DNA of 64,000 nucleotides from Eledone cirrhosa. Taxonomy: Eukaryota. The notes below the pieces were generated by a model that saw only the letters and a program-made list of their open reading frames with translations, made no database searches and was not told where the DNA came from. The stretch covers positions 19,902,001 through 19,966,000 of the forward strand of contig OZ024747.1 in the NCBI GenBank assembly GCA_964016885.1, in the 5' to 3' direction. The stretch's first letter is position 1; every line of letters starts with the position of its first letter. Shown here piece after piece: positions 1 through 12,077 of this stretch. A program made the translations under genes and the position numbers.

Positions 1-99
<99 letters not shown>

Positions 100-100
100 C

Positions 101-225
<125 letters not shown>

Positions 226-229
226 CATA

Positions 230-276
<47 letters not shown>

Positions 277-278
<2 letters not shown>

Positions 279-322
279 CGTTTCTGAATTTATTGGCAAC
301 ATGACCCTCCCAAAGTATAACA

Positions 323-323
<1 letters not shown>
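277..323 (+). mobile_element. 3'-terminal fragment of family E (ends ATGACCCTCCCAAAGTATAACA-(TA)n)
   Basis: Same terminal motif as 54879-54901 (+), 763-787 (-) and 29096-29119 (-). Confidence 0.65.
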
Positions 324-353
<30 letters not shown>

Positions 354-361
354 TACATATC

Positions 362-396
<35 letters not shown>

Positions 397-437
397 GCAT
401 ATATATATATATACATATCTATATATATATATACATA

Positions 438-495
438 TGCGGTGCCCCAGCATGGCCTCAGCCGGATGGCTGAAACAGGTAAAAGGGTAAAATAG
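438..495 (+). mobile_element. SINE 3' tail fragment (octopus-type GCGGTGCCCCAGCATGGCC...CTGAAACA.GTAAAAG)
   Basis: Recognised from memory as the tail of an abundant octopus SINE; single copy in window. Confidence 0.5.
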
Positions 496-531
<36 letters not shown>

Positions 532-558
532 CATATATACATATCTATATATATATAC

Positions 559-631
<73 letters not shown>

Positions 632-644
632 CATATATATATAC

Positions 645-679
<35 letters not shown>

Positions 680-703
680 CATATCTATATATACATATAT
701 ATT

Positions 704-735
<32 letters not shown>

Positions 736-762
736 CACATATATATATACATATCTATATAT

Positions 763-1060
763 AGTGTTATATTTGGGGAGGGTCATATTTGCGTAATATT
801 GCCAGAATTAATAACAGAACACACTCACTGTTTGGTTGGTTTTCGCTTCTCGCTGTCTTTTATATATATATATCTGCGATCTAACTTACTCGGTCCTCAA
901 TGTTGCCATTGACTGACCGGCGGTCAAAAATAATACAGATACAATATAGACAAACACATATATATATAGTTTACATAATATACATAAATCTTTCGTTGCA
1001 CATCTGCAACATCGTCAGTGGTGTTATATTCATTGTTCCTCCTGTTGTGTTGTATAAAAA
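763..1060 (-). mobile_element. Family E PLE-type terminal repeat with hammerhead-like core (983-1020)
   Basis: Reverse complement aligns with about 54630-54901; core CTGACGA-TGTTGCAGATGTGCAAC-GAAAG; flanked by (TA)n. Confidence 0.75.
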
Positions 1061-1150
1061 ACCTCGCAAAACTAATTCATCGCCGCTATCTATATATACA
1101 TATCTATATATACATATATATATATATGTGTGTGTGTGTGTGTCTATGTA

Positions 1151-1181
<31 letters not shown>

Positions 1182-1767
1182 GGGTGTGTGGGTGTGTGTG
1201 TATACATATACATCATTTATGCACATATGCATATATGTATGAAATTATTTATGTATTTTCAAATATAAACTTAATTTTCTAATAAGTATTTGAATATACA
1301 TTGTTATTTTGTTGAAGCTATATTTAACTATTTGTGTATATAAATTCTAGAGAGAATAGTAAATATACACAAACAATATAAAGACGACTATAGATAATAT
1401 GTAAATACACTTAAATCTCAAGGATCAAAAAATTCCCTGAAGATTTGACGTTACTTATCATAGAATGTCTAAATATATTCATAACATTTAATATCTAGTT
1501 TTTGTAGGTGTTATATCGTTTGTATATTTTCTCTGTTTATTGATTGACTTTTGATACTGTTTAGAGATTGAATTTCTGTAAATTTTATTAATATTTATTT
1601 TAAAATATATTGTGCATTGTATGTTTTGTAGATAGCTCAACATAAATCATAATAATCATTTGTTTATTGGCCACATCTGATACATACAATACTGAAAAGT
1701 ATCATACAAAACATATGCTGTTATACGTATGAATTCTAAATAGATAGTGGGGGCTGAATGCATGATC

Positions 1768-1870
1768 GCCGAGGTTGACTTTGCCTTTCATCCTTACGGG
1801 GTCGATAAAATAAAGTACCAGTAATGCACTGGGTAATTGCTGGCCTTGTGCCTAAAGTAGAAACAATTAT
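1768..1870 (+). mobile_element. SINE family A, 5'-truncated
   Basis: Matches the consensus GCCGAGGTTAACTTTGCCTTTCATCCTTACGGGGTCGATAAAATAAAGTACCAG...GGCCTTGTGCCTAAAGTAGAAACAATTAT seen about 20 times in the window. Confidence 0.9.
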
Positions 1871-2157
1871 GTGTACTTCCATAATTGCGGAAAATTGTAA
1901 CTCATCCAATCATGTGGGAAAGTTGATAAACACGTAGACATTAGCAGAATTCCTGAAATGTGTGTTGTCCTAAATTTCTCGAAAGCAGAGTCGTCCATAC
2001 CTGAGCTGCAAAGAGAAACATTGTTGGGGCTGTGACTTTCAAAAAGTATCAATCATATATGGGCGTTAAGGTACCCGTCCTAAAGACCTCGACGATTTAG
2101 CTCCAAATTCAAATGAAATAAGCTAGTGTTTTCCTATGGAAGGCTAATATATATATA

Positions 2158-2262
2158 ACTAACGAAGGGAGTGTGGTAAGGAACCAGGTGGACCATAACG
2201 CAGCAGAGTACTCGATACTAAGGGTAGTAGAGCTCAGCCGTCGGGGTCCTTACCTGTTTCCT
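2158..2262 (-). mobile_element. Family C (TA)n-embedded element, internally deleted copy
   Basis: GTGTGGTAAGGAACCAGGTGGACCATAACGCA..AGAGTACTCGATAC shared with 17277-17460, 19488-19660, 49690-49778 and 59020-59210. Confidence 0.8.
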
Positions 2263-3636
2263 ATATATATATATATATATATATATACACGCACCAGGTA
2301 GGTTTCCCTGCCTGAAGTCAAGGTGAAGTAAATAAACATAATCAAAACAAAGAGGAGACACAGATAACAGAAACACTCATTGAGACGCGGACAGCATGTG
2401 TAAGGAAAGAATTTTGAGAATTAAATAGCCATCCGGATACTAAACTAACTAAACTAACTAAGACTTACGATCTTCTAAATAGTCGGAACAAAATTACTTT
2501 AGTTAGACATCTAAAATAACTTGGAGGACAAGAAATGTATACGATTTAATCAACGTTACATATCTATCTAATAGTTCTATTATTGATCTTACAGTAAAGT
2601 TAGGTTAATTGTTTGAATGCAAAATTTAGAAGGGGCGAAACAGAAACTATACGAATTTGAGGCATTTAGTAGTTTCTCTAACATGTTGCATTCTAGTTCG
2701 GATTGCCTCGTTTACCTCATAGTACTTTTCATTATGACTTAAGCGGCACTCACCTATGTCCCTTCTCCCTGTTCTAAATTCTAATTGAATCAAATTGTCG
2801 TCCATTCTTTCTACATTAATAACCTGTGTGTAAAGAAATATTTATTAGAATAATAAGAAAGAGATAAATATCTTCAAAAGACTTCGAAATCATCTTGTTT
2901 GGTGTCAATGAAAAATAGCCAATAATATTCTTTCACTGGAGAAATGGTATTGTCTTCCTTCGCAATCAGGAACAATAACGTAGCAACTCTATATTACAAT
3001 TTATCTATTGTGTTACTTTTACATTATATTAAATTAATATAAAATTTAGGCAATGTAATAACTCTTCTGCAAAAAAATAAATGATGAAATTTCAACTTTA
3101 ATGAACTGCATTAGTGTTTTGACATGAACGACATTCAGGAAATTGAAAGAAAGTTCTTTAAAACGATTTCGTTTATCACCATCTATATCATTGATAGCAA
3201 AAATATGTGCAACATATTGTTTAATATTTTGTTGTATATTTAATATCTTAGTTCAAATTCCATCGATGCGATTTCATGTTCCATTATAAATGAATTTATA
3301 ATATATTTATTGACCAGCTTCTAGTACCGAGAGAAACCACTATATCCCACCAATATTTTTCGTGTATGACTAATGTCAAGATTTAGTTTGCTTATCCTGA
3401 ACAGATTTCTTTGGCATAATCACACTCCCATTACACTAATAGACGCTAAACAAATTATTAGGAGTTTCTGACGGACAAGTTCCCGGGTTCTATTCCACGG
3501 TACGGCACCATATTTAGATGTCTTTTACCATAGATTTGGATGAGCATCCAACGTGTGTGGAATGTGCTAGACGAAATAATTGCAAATATACACACGTGAC
3601 TGCCTCAAACAATTCGATTGGTATCTGCTATATTAA

Positions 3637-4097
3637 GGGCAGCGGATTGGCAGTATCGGTAGAGGGTCGGAAGCCATGCTTTGCAGCATAGAGTTACGGC
3701 TCTTTACAGTCTGAGTTCAAATCCCCTGAAGCTAACTTAGCCTTTTATCCTAACGGGGTCGATAAAATAAAGCACCAGTAACGTACTGGAGTCGATTTAA
3801 TCGATTTTTCCCCTCCCCCAAATTAATGGCCTTATACCTACCTATACTAGAAATCATTTTTATTGATGAGGGCGATGGATTGGCAGGATCGGTAGAGCGT
3901 CAGACACCATATCTTTGCAAGCATAGAGTTATGGCTCTTTACGTTCTGAGTTCAAATCCCGACGAAGTCAAATTTCCTTTCATCTTACGGAGTCGATAAA
4001 ACCAAGCACAGGTAATGCAGTGTAGTTGATAAAATCGACTTTCCCTTCCCCTTCAAATTGCTGGTCGTGTGTCTAATGTAGAAACATTTTTTTATTG
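3637..4097 (+). mobile_element. Two head-to-tail SINE family A copies (3637-3864, 3870-4097)
   Basis: A-box-like TGGCAGTATCGG and B-box-like GAGTTCAAATCC, shared body and tail. Confidence 0.9.
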
Positions 4098-4288
4098 ATC
4101 AACTAATACTTGGGGACGCAGGATTTAGCACACAACGTATTATAGGTTTTTGACTGTGATGTAATCATGCAGGTTTACATACAATGGAGTTAATGTATAA
4201 TAATGAATAAGGCTGTATTCAGCAATCTTGCATTGTTATTTTATAAAAGGATGTAAAATTCAAGAGCACTACAATATTCTATAATCTT

Positions 4289-4297
4289 ATATATATG

Positions 4298-4350
<53 letters not shown>

Positions 4351-4836
4351 GTATACATACATACATATATATATAAATATGTATACATATATATATATAT
4401 AAATATGTATACATACATATATATATAAATATGTATACATACATATATATATACATAAATATGTATACATACATATATATATACATAAATATGTATACAT
4501 ACATATATATATACATAAATATGTATACATATATATATATACATATATATGTATACATACATATATATATACATAAATGTGTATACATATATATATATAT
4601 ATATATATACATATATATATACATAAATATGTATACATATATATATATACATATATATGTATACATATATATATATACATATATATGTATACATATATAT
4701 ATATACATATATATGTATACATACATATATATATACATAAATATGTATACATATATATATATATATATACATATATATATACATAAATATGTATACATAT
4801 ATATATATACATATATATATACATAAATATGTATAC

Positions 4837-4877
<41 letters not shown>

Positions 4878-5076
4878 CATATATATATATGTATATACAT
4901 ATATATATGTATATACATATATATATATGTATATACATATATATATGTATATACATATATATATATGTATATAGATATATATATATGTATATAGATATAT
5001 ATACATATACATATATATATATACATATACATATATATATATACATATATATATACATATATATATATGTATATAC

Positions 5077-5123
<47 letters not shown>

Positions 5124-5242
5124 CATATATATATATACATATATATACATATATATACATATATATATATACATATATATATATACATATATATATATAC
5201 ATATATATATATACATATATATATATACATATATATATATAC

Positions 5243-5303
<61 letters not shown>

Positions 5304-5480
5304 CATACATATATATAAACATACATATATATATATATATATATACATACATATATATATATACATACATATGTATATACATACATATATATATACATAC
5401 ATATATATATACATACATATATATATACATACATATATATATACATACATATATATATACATACATATATATATACATAC

Positions 5481-5543
<63 letters not shown>

Positions 5544-5544
5544 C

Positions 5545-5577
<33 letters not shown>

Positions 5578-5640
5578 CATATATGTATATACATACATAT
5601 ATGTATATACATATATATATATATACATATATATATATAC

Positions 5641-5672
<32 letters not shown>

Positions 5673-5742
5673 GTATATACATATATATATATACATATAT
5701 ATATGTATATACATATATATATATACGTATATATATATACAT
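4289..5742. repeat. About 1.45 kb compound (TA)n/(TACA)n microsatellite with local 30-bp higher-order units
   Basis: Direct reading; ACATATATATATACATAAATATGTATACAT repeated at 4441-4500. Confidence 0.95.
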
Positions 5743-7560
5743 ATGAAAAAGAACACAAGAGCGTCTACAACATCAAAAGATTTTTATTGGCTTACAATGC
5801 TTCTTCCTTACGTAACCGTAGGATTCGTCAGAGCTATAAAAGGGGTTTGATTGGTGTTATGGACTCTACCGACCAAACATTCAAGAACAAAGAGTAAAGA
5901 GAATAAAGAGCAAAAGTAGGGGACGATAAGTCTAATTTTGGTGCGGGAGGGTGGGGTGTGGGTCCTTGTTTACTAGCTGCGGTCATATTCATTCCCGGGA
6001 GACGGGTGGTTAGCTGAACCATAGATGGGGTGGCGTCGATAGTATGGTGCAGAGGGTGCTCAGAGGCTACACAAACACAAAGGGCATACAATATATATAT
6101 ATATATAGCGGAGGAGAAAGTACATGAGGTAATTAGAAATGGAAAAAGAGTAATAATAATTATCTATAATTAATAGTGTATAATAAGGCACGGGGAAGAT
6201 TACACTATAATAAGGTATAAAAGTAAGAATAAGGTAAAATATAAAGGAGGATACAAGTGGAAATAATAAAGATAAAAAAATATATAGAGAATATATAAAG
6301 AAATATAAGCGAATATTTGGAGGGGAAAACACAATGTAAAAAAGCCGATTTTTTCAAATAATAATAAAAATATAATAATTATGGGAGGAGAAAACGGGAT
6401 AGAGAAATATGATCAAGTGTGATTAGTTGAGAGAATATAAGATGATAATAGTTATGTCAAGTTTATACATCTTAATAATAAATAATCTGTGTATCAGAGT
6501 TGCAGAACCTTCAATTCACTTACGGGTTCAAGCCACGTGGCGTGGTCCATTGTTTATCTGTGCGGTCATGCGCGTTTGTTTTTGACACCACAGCAGATGC
6601 ACAAGTTCGTAAATTCCAATGCAGATAGAAATCTATTTTTGCTCACCCGGACATTGACGGAGGATCCAATATTCCTAGTTCAATATGTGTGTGGTGTTAT
6701 TTTGGTCGCACAAATCAATCACTTGGTTCAATATTATGGAGTATGGTTTTCTGGTCTTCGTAACAGTGTCAGTGGTTGTATATCTGGAAATCACAAGGAT
6801 CACAGTACTCCGGTTTGGTGGGATTATCGGTCATCCAGCTATGTTGTTGGTGGTTGGATTCAATTCTATTCGCCCGAACGTTGAACTTTGGTGTCGATAG
6901 GACATTAACGAGGCAGGGTGAGATCGCATCTGTGGTACAAAACGGTACGCAAGGAAATTCTTCGTCTTCGTTTCATCCGGGTCCAGCAGTCACGTGCAAG
7001 AACCGCTACGTAGTAATTGTGGGGTTAATCGGTCAAGTCAGCAACTGACCGAAAATTCAGACAGGCATGACAGGCACATTTAGGTCGGCAGCTTCTTTAT
7101 GTGTACGTGTGTCCGACACACACAGACACATATTTATATGTATTTCAACTCAAAAAACTCAATTGATTCACCCACTGGTACTACAATCGGTCAAGACAGC
7201 AACTGGCCGACAATTCCCTTAGGAATTCAGACAGGCATGACAGGTATATTTGGGTCAGCAGCTTCTTTATGTGTACGTGTGTCCGATACCCACGGGCACA
7301 TATCCATATGTATTTCAACTCAAAAAATTCAGTTGATTCCCCTATTGATATTATATCGGTGTCGCCCCGATGTGCATGCTGTGGTGTTCTGGTCGTGCAC
7401 AGCATTCACTGTGTTTTGCCATTACCTTGGAATGTGATGTTATGGTCATCAATAGTCCGGCAAGCGCATTTCGCTCTTATAATGCGGACGGAGAATGGTG
7501 TTCTGGTTCTCAGTAAACATTTGGGTCAGTAGGAGGGGTGGTGGTTCTCAGTTTCAACTT
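5743..7560 (-). mobile_element. ORF-less PLE-type element with a 3' hammerhead and an internal tandem duplication (7027-7173 vs 7185-7341); right boundary approximate
   Basis: Starts exactly at the end of the (TA)n tract; HHR at 5790-5834; region next to the HHR resembles 10621-10705. Confidence 0.55.
5790..5834 (-). ncRNA. Minimal type I hammerhead ribozyme motif (GAAA altered to GAAG)
   Basis: Minus strand: gct CTGACGA atcctacg gtta cgtaaggaa GAAGC att GTA agc. Confidence 0.65.
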
Positions 7561-7954
7561 CGACAATACATATCATGCTCCTCTCAGAGAAGAGTATTAT
7601 AGGAGGAATTCGTGCCACACACCGCATATAGAGAGAATTTCTACAGAAAAGTATACATACATATACACATACATAAACACATCATACACTTACACATACA
7701 CATACACACTCATACGCATACTTACATATATTCACATACATGTCACATATACACATACACACAATATAATACGCGTGCATACAATATACATATATATATA
7801 TACATACAATATACATGCATACAATGCACGCACACATGCGTGCATGCATGCACACACGCACGCACACCCACACATATGTCTGCGTGTGTGTGCGTGTGAG
7901 AGAGAAAAGGAGAATACACACACACACACACACACACACGCAAAAACACCAACC

Positions 7955-9770
7955 TTGTAGGGGACTGTACCACCCTTAGGGTACCTATCTATCTGGGTTA
8001 CGGGTTGGGGGGAAGGGGGGGAAACTATAGTCTAGGTGAGGGTTGCGTGATATATGTTACGTCTATGTGCTAGGTTTAAAATAGAAGAAGGAACTCAGGA
8101 TTTTGTGTTGGCAAGAGGAGAAAATTTCCGATTTCCTGTTAAGCAGGTTCAGTTTAGAGTGTATTATGACATGGCATTCCAGTAAACACAGGTCACAACT
8201 TCCGCTCTGCGGTCGGTATGGCGTGGATCTAGTAAGCTTCCTCCAAAAAAGTTTGTATGGGTACTATTATTTTTTAAAAAGGAGATGTATCCCGCCAGTG
8301 AGGTGGCATTCTTATGTCTATCGTGTCTAAATGTGTACATATGCGCGTTAAATCTAGTTTTAAATGTATTGGACGTTGCTCCTATATATGTTTTGGTAGA
8401 GTTGTGTGTGGTTACGTCACATGCATATACTATGTTTTTCATGAGACAATCCCCTCTCAGGGGACAGTTACTACTCCGCCTACAATTGCAACTGCGGGTT
8501 CTATTAGTTAACTTACCTCCCGAAGTTTGGTTACTAGCATTATCACTAGGTGCCTCTATATCATTAGATGGCTCATTGATGCTATTATGTTGCCCATTTT
8601 CCAGTGTAGTCGGTTGCTGGTGGTTGACTGCCATTTTAATTGCTTCGAAGCCTTCCCTAGTTTTCCTAATGTTCGTGCGTGCTAGGTGTGATGCGAGGTT
8701 AGGTGTGGTCGAATAGGATAATTTAATTACGTTTTTGTTAATTATGTTGCGATATCTATTGCCTGGTGGGAAGTTTTTTCCAATAATGAGAAGAATACTC
8801 TGGGAGGTTAGTGAGGACCTCAGAGTTAAAAGGTGGGTTAAAATACATGTTTTTCCTTCTTCTATTTTTCTTATCTGTGGGGTGAGTCTCGCTACTGTGC
8901 GTACTATTTTGTAGGGTTCCGTTATTAACATTAGTGGCGTTGTCTGTTTTGCTTAAGCCCGGATGATTTATATTCATGGCGTGATCATTTACTGTTTTAG
9001 AGTTGTGGTGAGGGACTCTAGTATTGTCTTTACGTGGTTTACATTTAGCTGGGTTACCGCCATTAGGGTTCTTACTATTATTCTTGCCTCTAAGTTGGTT
9101 AGGCGTTGTGGCCATACTATGTGTGATTATGTTGGTAGGTTTCACACTCATGGTTTGAGAGTCCTTATGTATATATGATAATCTACTCCCGTAACCAGAT
9201 TCTGCTAGGGCCTTGTCATAATACTCTGCATTGGAGTTGAAGATACTCTCATTACAGGACAGTATACTAATTCTATTAGAGACCCCCTTGGGAATAGCGT
9301 TTAGGACTGATTTGGGGTGGTTAGAGCTGGCGTTTACATATGTTAGTCTATCGTTAGGTTTATGGTAGGGTGCAAATGTTTTACTTTCTAGGTCAAATCA
9401 ACAGACAGCGAAAGACGCGTTCCGAGTTGTCCGACAGACAACCTTTTCCCCCACCCCGGAAAAAACACCAGTTGATGGATGTGAATCCGAAATATATAGG
9501 GACTATTAAATCTCTCCCAAGGTAACTCTCTCTCTTGTGTTGTTATTATTATTTTTATTCTTTTACTCTTCCCTTCATTCTACACATCTCACACATCTTA
9601 TACACACCACCCATCTCAACGTACACCCACTTACATATCTCTCTCTCCACCACCGGACCTTGTTACCCGGAGATTTACCCATTTGCATTGTCGAGGCTTC
9701 CAAACGACCTATAAATATTTACTTATTGTTCCACAATGCTTCAAGCAAACTTCAATACTCTCTTATACAT
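7955..9770 (-). mobile_element. Penelope-like element 1, 5'-truncated, with a probable inverted terminal segment at about 9400-9770
   Basis: Coding remnant 8063-9397 homologous to the two other PLEs in the window; bounded by (CA)n and (TA)n. Confidence 0.85.
8063..9397 (-). pseudogene. PLE polyprotein C-terminus: RT thumb, Cys linker and GIY-YIG endonuclease, frameshifted
   Basis: Manual translation gives PYHKPNDRLTYVNASSNHPKSV, MYFNPPF, KLSYSTTPNL, CNCRRSSNCPLRGDC, NIVY..TYIGATSNTFKTRFNAH and CDLCLLE..LLNRKSEIFSSCQH; frameshifts near 8800 and 8250. Confidence 0.9.
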
Positions 9771-9786
9771 ATATATATATATATAT

Positions 9787-10192
9787 AATTAGAAAATATA
9801 TAGCTTTCACCGTATATTTGACTAAAGGAATTTTAGCTTGATAACGGGGTTTAGAACCTTCAGATAAATGGAAAAAGATGAGTATTGACGTACATGGGAG
9901 TCGAACCCACATCTATGGTTATCGCGACCACTGTGCTACCATTACACCAACACATCACACAAAGTAAAATATTTTACTTTGTGTGATGTGTTGGTGTAAT
10001 GGTAGCACAGTGGTCGCGATAACCACAGATGTGGGTTCGACTCCCATGTACGTCAATACTCATCTTTTTCCATTTATCTGAGGGTTCTAAACCCCGTTAT
10101 CAAGCTAAAATTCCTTTAGTCAAAAATACGGTGAAAGCTATATATTTTCTAATTTCAAACTCGCTCACTGTTTCAAAACATACTTACTTGCC
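9787..10192 (+). mobile_element. Family T: zero-spacer palindrome (arms 9787-9970 / 9971-10154) plus unpaired 3' tail 10155-10192, within (TA)n
   Basis: Centre AAAGTAAAAT|ATTTTACTTT; 3 mismatches seen between the 184-bp arms; second copy at 58399-58662. Confidence 0.9.
9985..10055 (+). tRNA. tRNA-like cloverleaf (nominal anticodon CGA, non-canonical loop); probably a tRNA-derived module, not a decoding tRNA; mirror copy at 9886-9956 (-)
   Basis: Acceptor GATGTGT/GTACGTC (3 G-U), D stem GTGT/GCAC, anticodon stem GTGGT/ACCAC with loop CGCGATA, T stem GTGGG/CCCAT with TTCGACT; A box TGGTGTAATGG, B box GGTTCGACTCC; T5 at 10065-10069. Confidence 0.75.
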
Positions 10193-10209
10193 ATATATAT
10201 ATATATACA

Positions 10210-10357
<148 letters not shown>

Positions 10358-10404
10358 TACATATATACATATATATATATATACATATATATATACATAT
10401 ATAC

Positions 10405-10513
<109 letters not shown>

Positions 10514-10659
10514 TATATATATATATATAAGGGAGAGAATTGGGAGTGTGTAACACTCCACTTATCAAATAGGCAGTATATGGTTAGCTCAATGTCAGAG
10601 GACAGAGCCGTAATACAATTAACAACAAAGAGCGCTTAGAACATAGGTATATCTTTAAT

Positions 10660-10705
10660 TGCTAACAGTGTTTCGTCCACACTAGAAGTGGGACTCTTCA
10701 GAGCA
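10660..10705 (-). ncRNA. Minimal type I hammerhead ribozyme, intact core
   Basis: Minus strand: tgct CTGAAGA gtcc cacttctagtgt ggac GAAAC act GTT agca. Confidence 0.8.
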
Positions 10706-10928
10706 TAAAGAGTAAATACATAGTATACAAGCATTGACAAAGCCAAAACAGAAGAATATATGTGGGGCTACCATAAGTTGGGAGGAGTTTAAAGAGTAAA
10801 GTAAAAGGAGTAAAATAAGAAAAGAGTAAAATTAAAATAAACATAAAAATAAGAATACACTAATACAAATAAGAATACACTAATACAAATAACATATCAT
10901 AGACGGATGGGCACAAGTTAAGAGATAG

Positions 10929-11165
10929 AGATAGATAAAAAATAGATAAAAAATAGATAAGAGGTAGATAAAGAATAAATAAAAAATAGATAAAAAATAA
11001 ATAAAAAATAGATAAAAAATAGATAAAAAATAGATAAAAAATAGATAAAAAATAGATAAAAAATAGATAAAAAATAGATAAAAAATAGATAAAAAATAGA
11101 TAAAAATAGATAAGAAATAGATAAAAAATAGATAAAAAATAGATAAAAAATAGATAAAAGATAAA
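10929..11165. repeat. (AGATAAAAAAT)n 11-bp tandem repeat
   Basis: Direct reading. Confidence 0.9.
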
Positions 11166-12004
11166 AAATAAAATAAAATAAAATAAAGTAAAGTAAAATA
11201 TACACCAGAAGATAAATAAAACAAGACACCAAAAAAAATGGAGTAAAATATACACCATAAAGGAAGGTGTGGGTAAAGATAAGACTGGCAAATGCATAAG
11301 CTATCAAGCTATGTTCAACAAGCGATATACGTACAACATATAAAATACACAAAAATATATATACAAAAATATATATAAAAAATATATATAAAAGAGACGT
11401 ATATATAAGGATATATATATATATATATACACATATCAGTCCAAGTAATGCATATTTATAAAGATGTAACTGGGGGTAAAAAGATGTAATAAGGGTAATC
11501 AAGATGGTAATTATTAGGGCATGTAATAATAATATTATTATAGAAATCCTAAGGTGACACTAGTGTTGACCTATGGTGATATATGGAATATATCAGGAGC
11601 ACACGAACGCCTTAGGTGTTGCAGTTAGCCGCAGTTCAACAATAGAGTGTTCGAATGAGATTTTTTATGAACAGATGCTATGTCCGCACTAGATTGAGTG
11701 GACCATTACAATGCAATGGAAACATCCCAGGTTGGACAGTCCCAAAAGTTCACACTCCAAAGTTCAATCCACAGGTGTGCATTCATAGAGTTGAGCGGTT
11801 GGGCAATCCGAAAAAGTTCACACTCCAAAGTTCAATACACAGATGTGCATTCATAGAGTTGAGCACTCAGGCAAGAATTAATTGGTTAACAAGGTGTATC
11901 CATATCACAAGCAGGAGCATATGCTGGGAAGGTTGCAGGCAAATTCATATACAGCAGCACGAACATCAAGAGGCAAATAACTGAGGCGCATATTAGTGAG
12001 CATA

Positions 12005-12077
<73 letters not shown>

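Larger units (their letters stand above)
10530..12001 (-). mobile_element. ORF-less PLE-type element with a 3' hammerhead, an 11-bp minisatellite and an internal duplication of about 52 bp
   Basis: Bounded by (TA)n on both sides; HHR at 10660-10705; duplicate AAAAGTTCACACTCCAAAGTTCAAT..TGTGCATTCATAGAGTTGAGC at about 11744 and 11812. Confidence 0.6.

Noticed and set aside
1436-1480. CTGAAGA..GACGTT/AATGTC..TAAA hammerhead-like string
   Set aside because: No GAAA and no stem I partner.
3455-3590. Possible old SINE remnant; similar vague remnants near 27040-27230, 37475-37700 and 45430-45530
   Set aside because: Too diverged to support without an alignment.
231-5897. Long YI/HT/CV-rich ORFs (also near 10.2, 22.6, 25.9, 30, 46-50 and 59.2 kb)
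   Set aside because: Stop-free translations of (TA)n, (CA)n and (TACA)n microsatellites.
9985-10055. Functional tRNA-Ser(CGA) gene
   Set aside because: G at position 33, T at 37, no long variable arm, three G-U pairs in the acceptor stem, and embedded in a repeat family.
10075-10145. CTGAGGG...GAAAGCTA as a hammerhead in family T
   Set aside because: A9 is not conserved and stems I and III are not convincing; left open but not called.
9787-10154. Palindromes as sequencing or assembly fold-back artefacts
   Set aside because: Arms carry substitutions or indels here and at 55.3, 58.4 and 59.4 kb, and arm endpoints recur at homologous sites; only PLE 2 lacks visible differences.
10929-11165. 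CRISPR-like array or hydrophobic FIYFLS ORFs
   Set aside because: Plain 11-bp tandem repeat without spacers; eukaryotic context with no cas genes.
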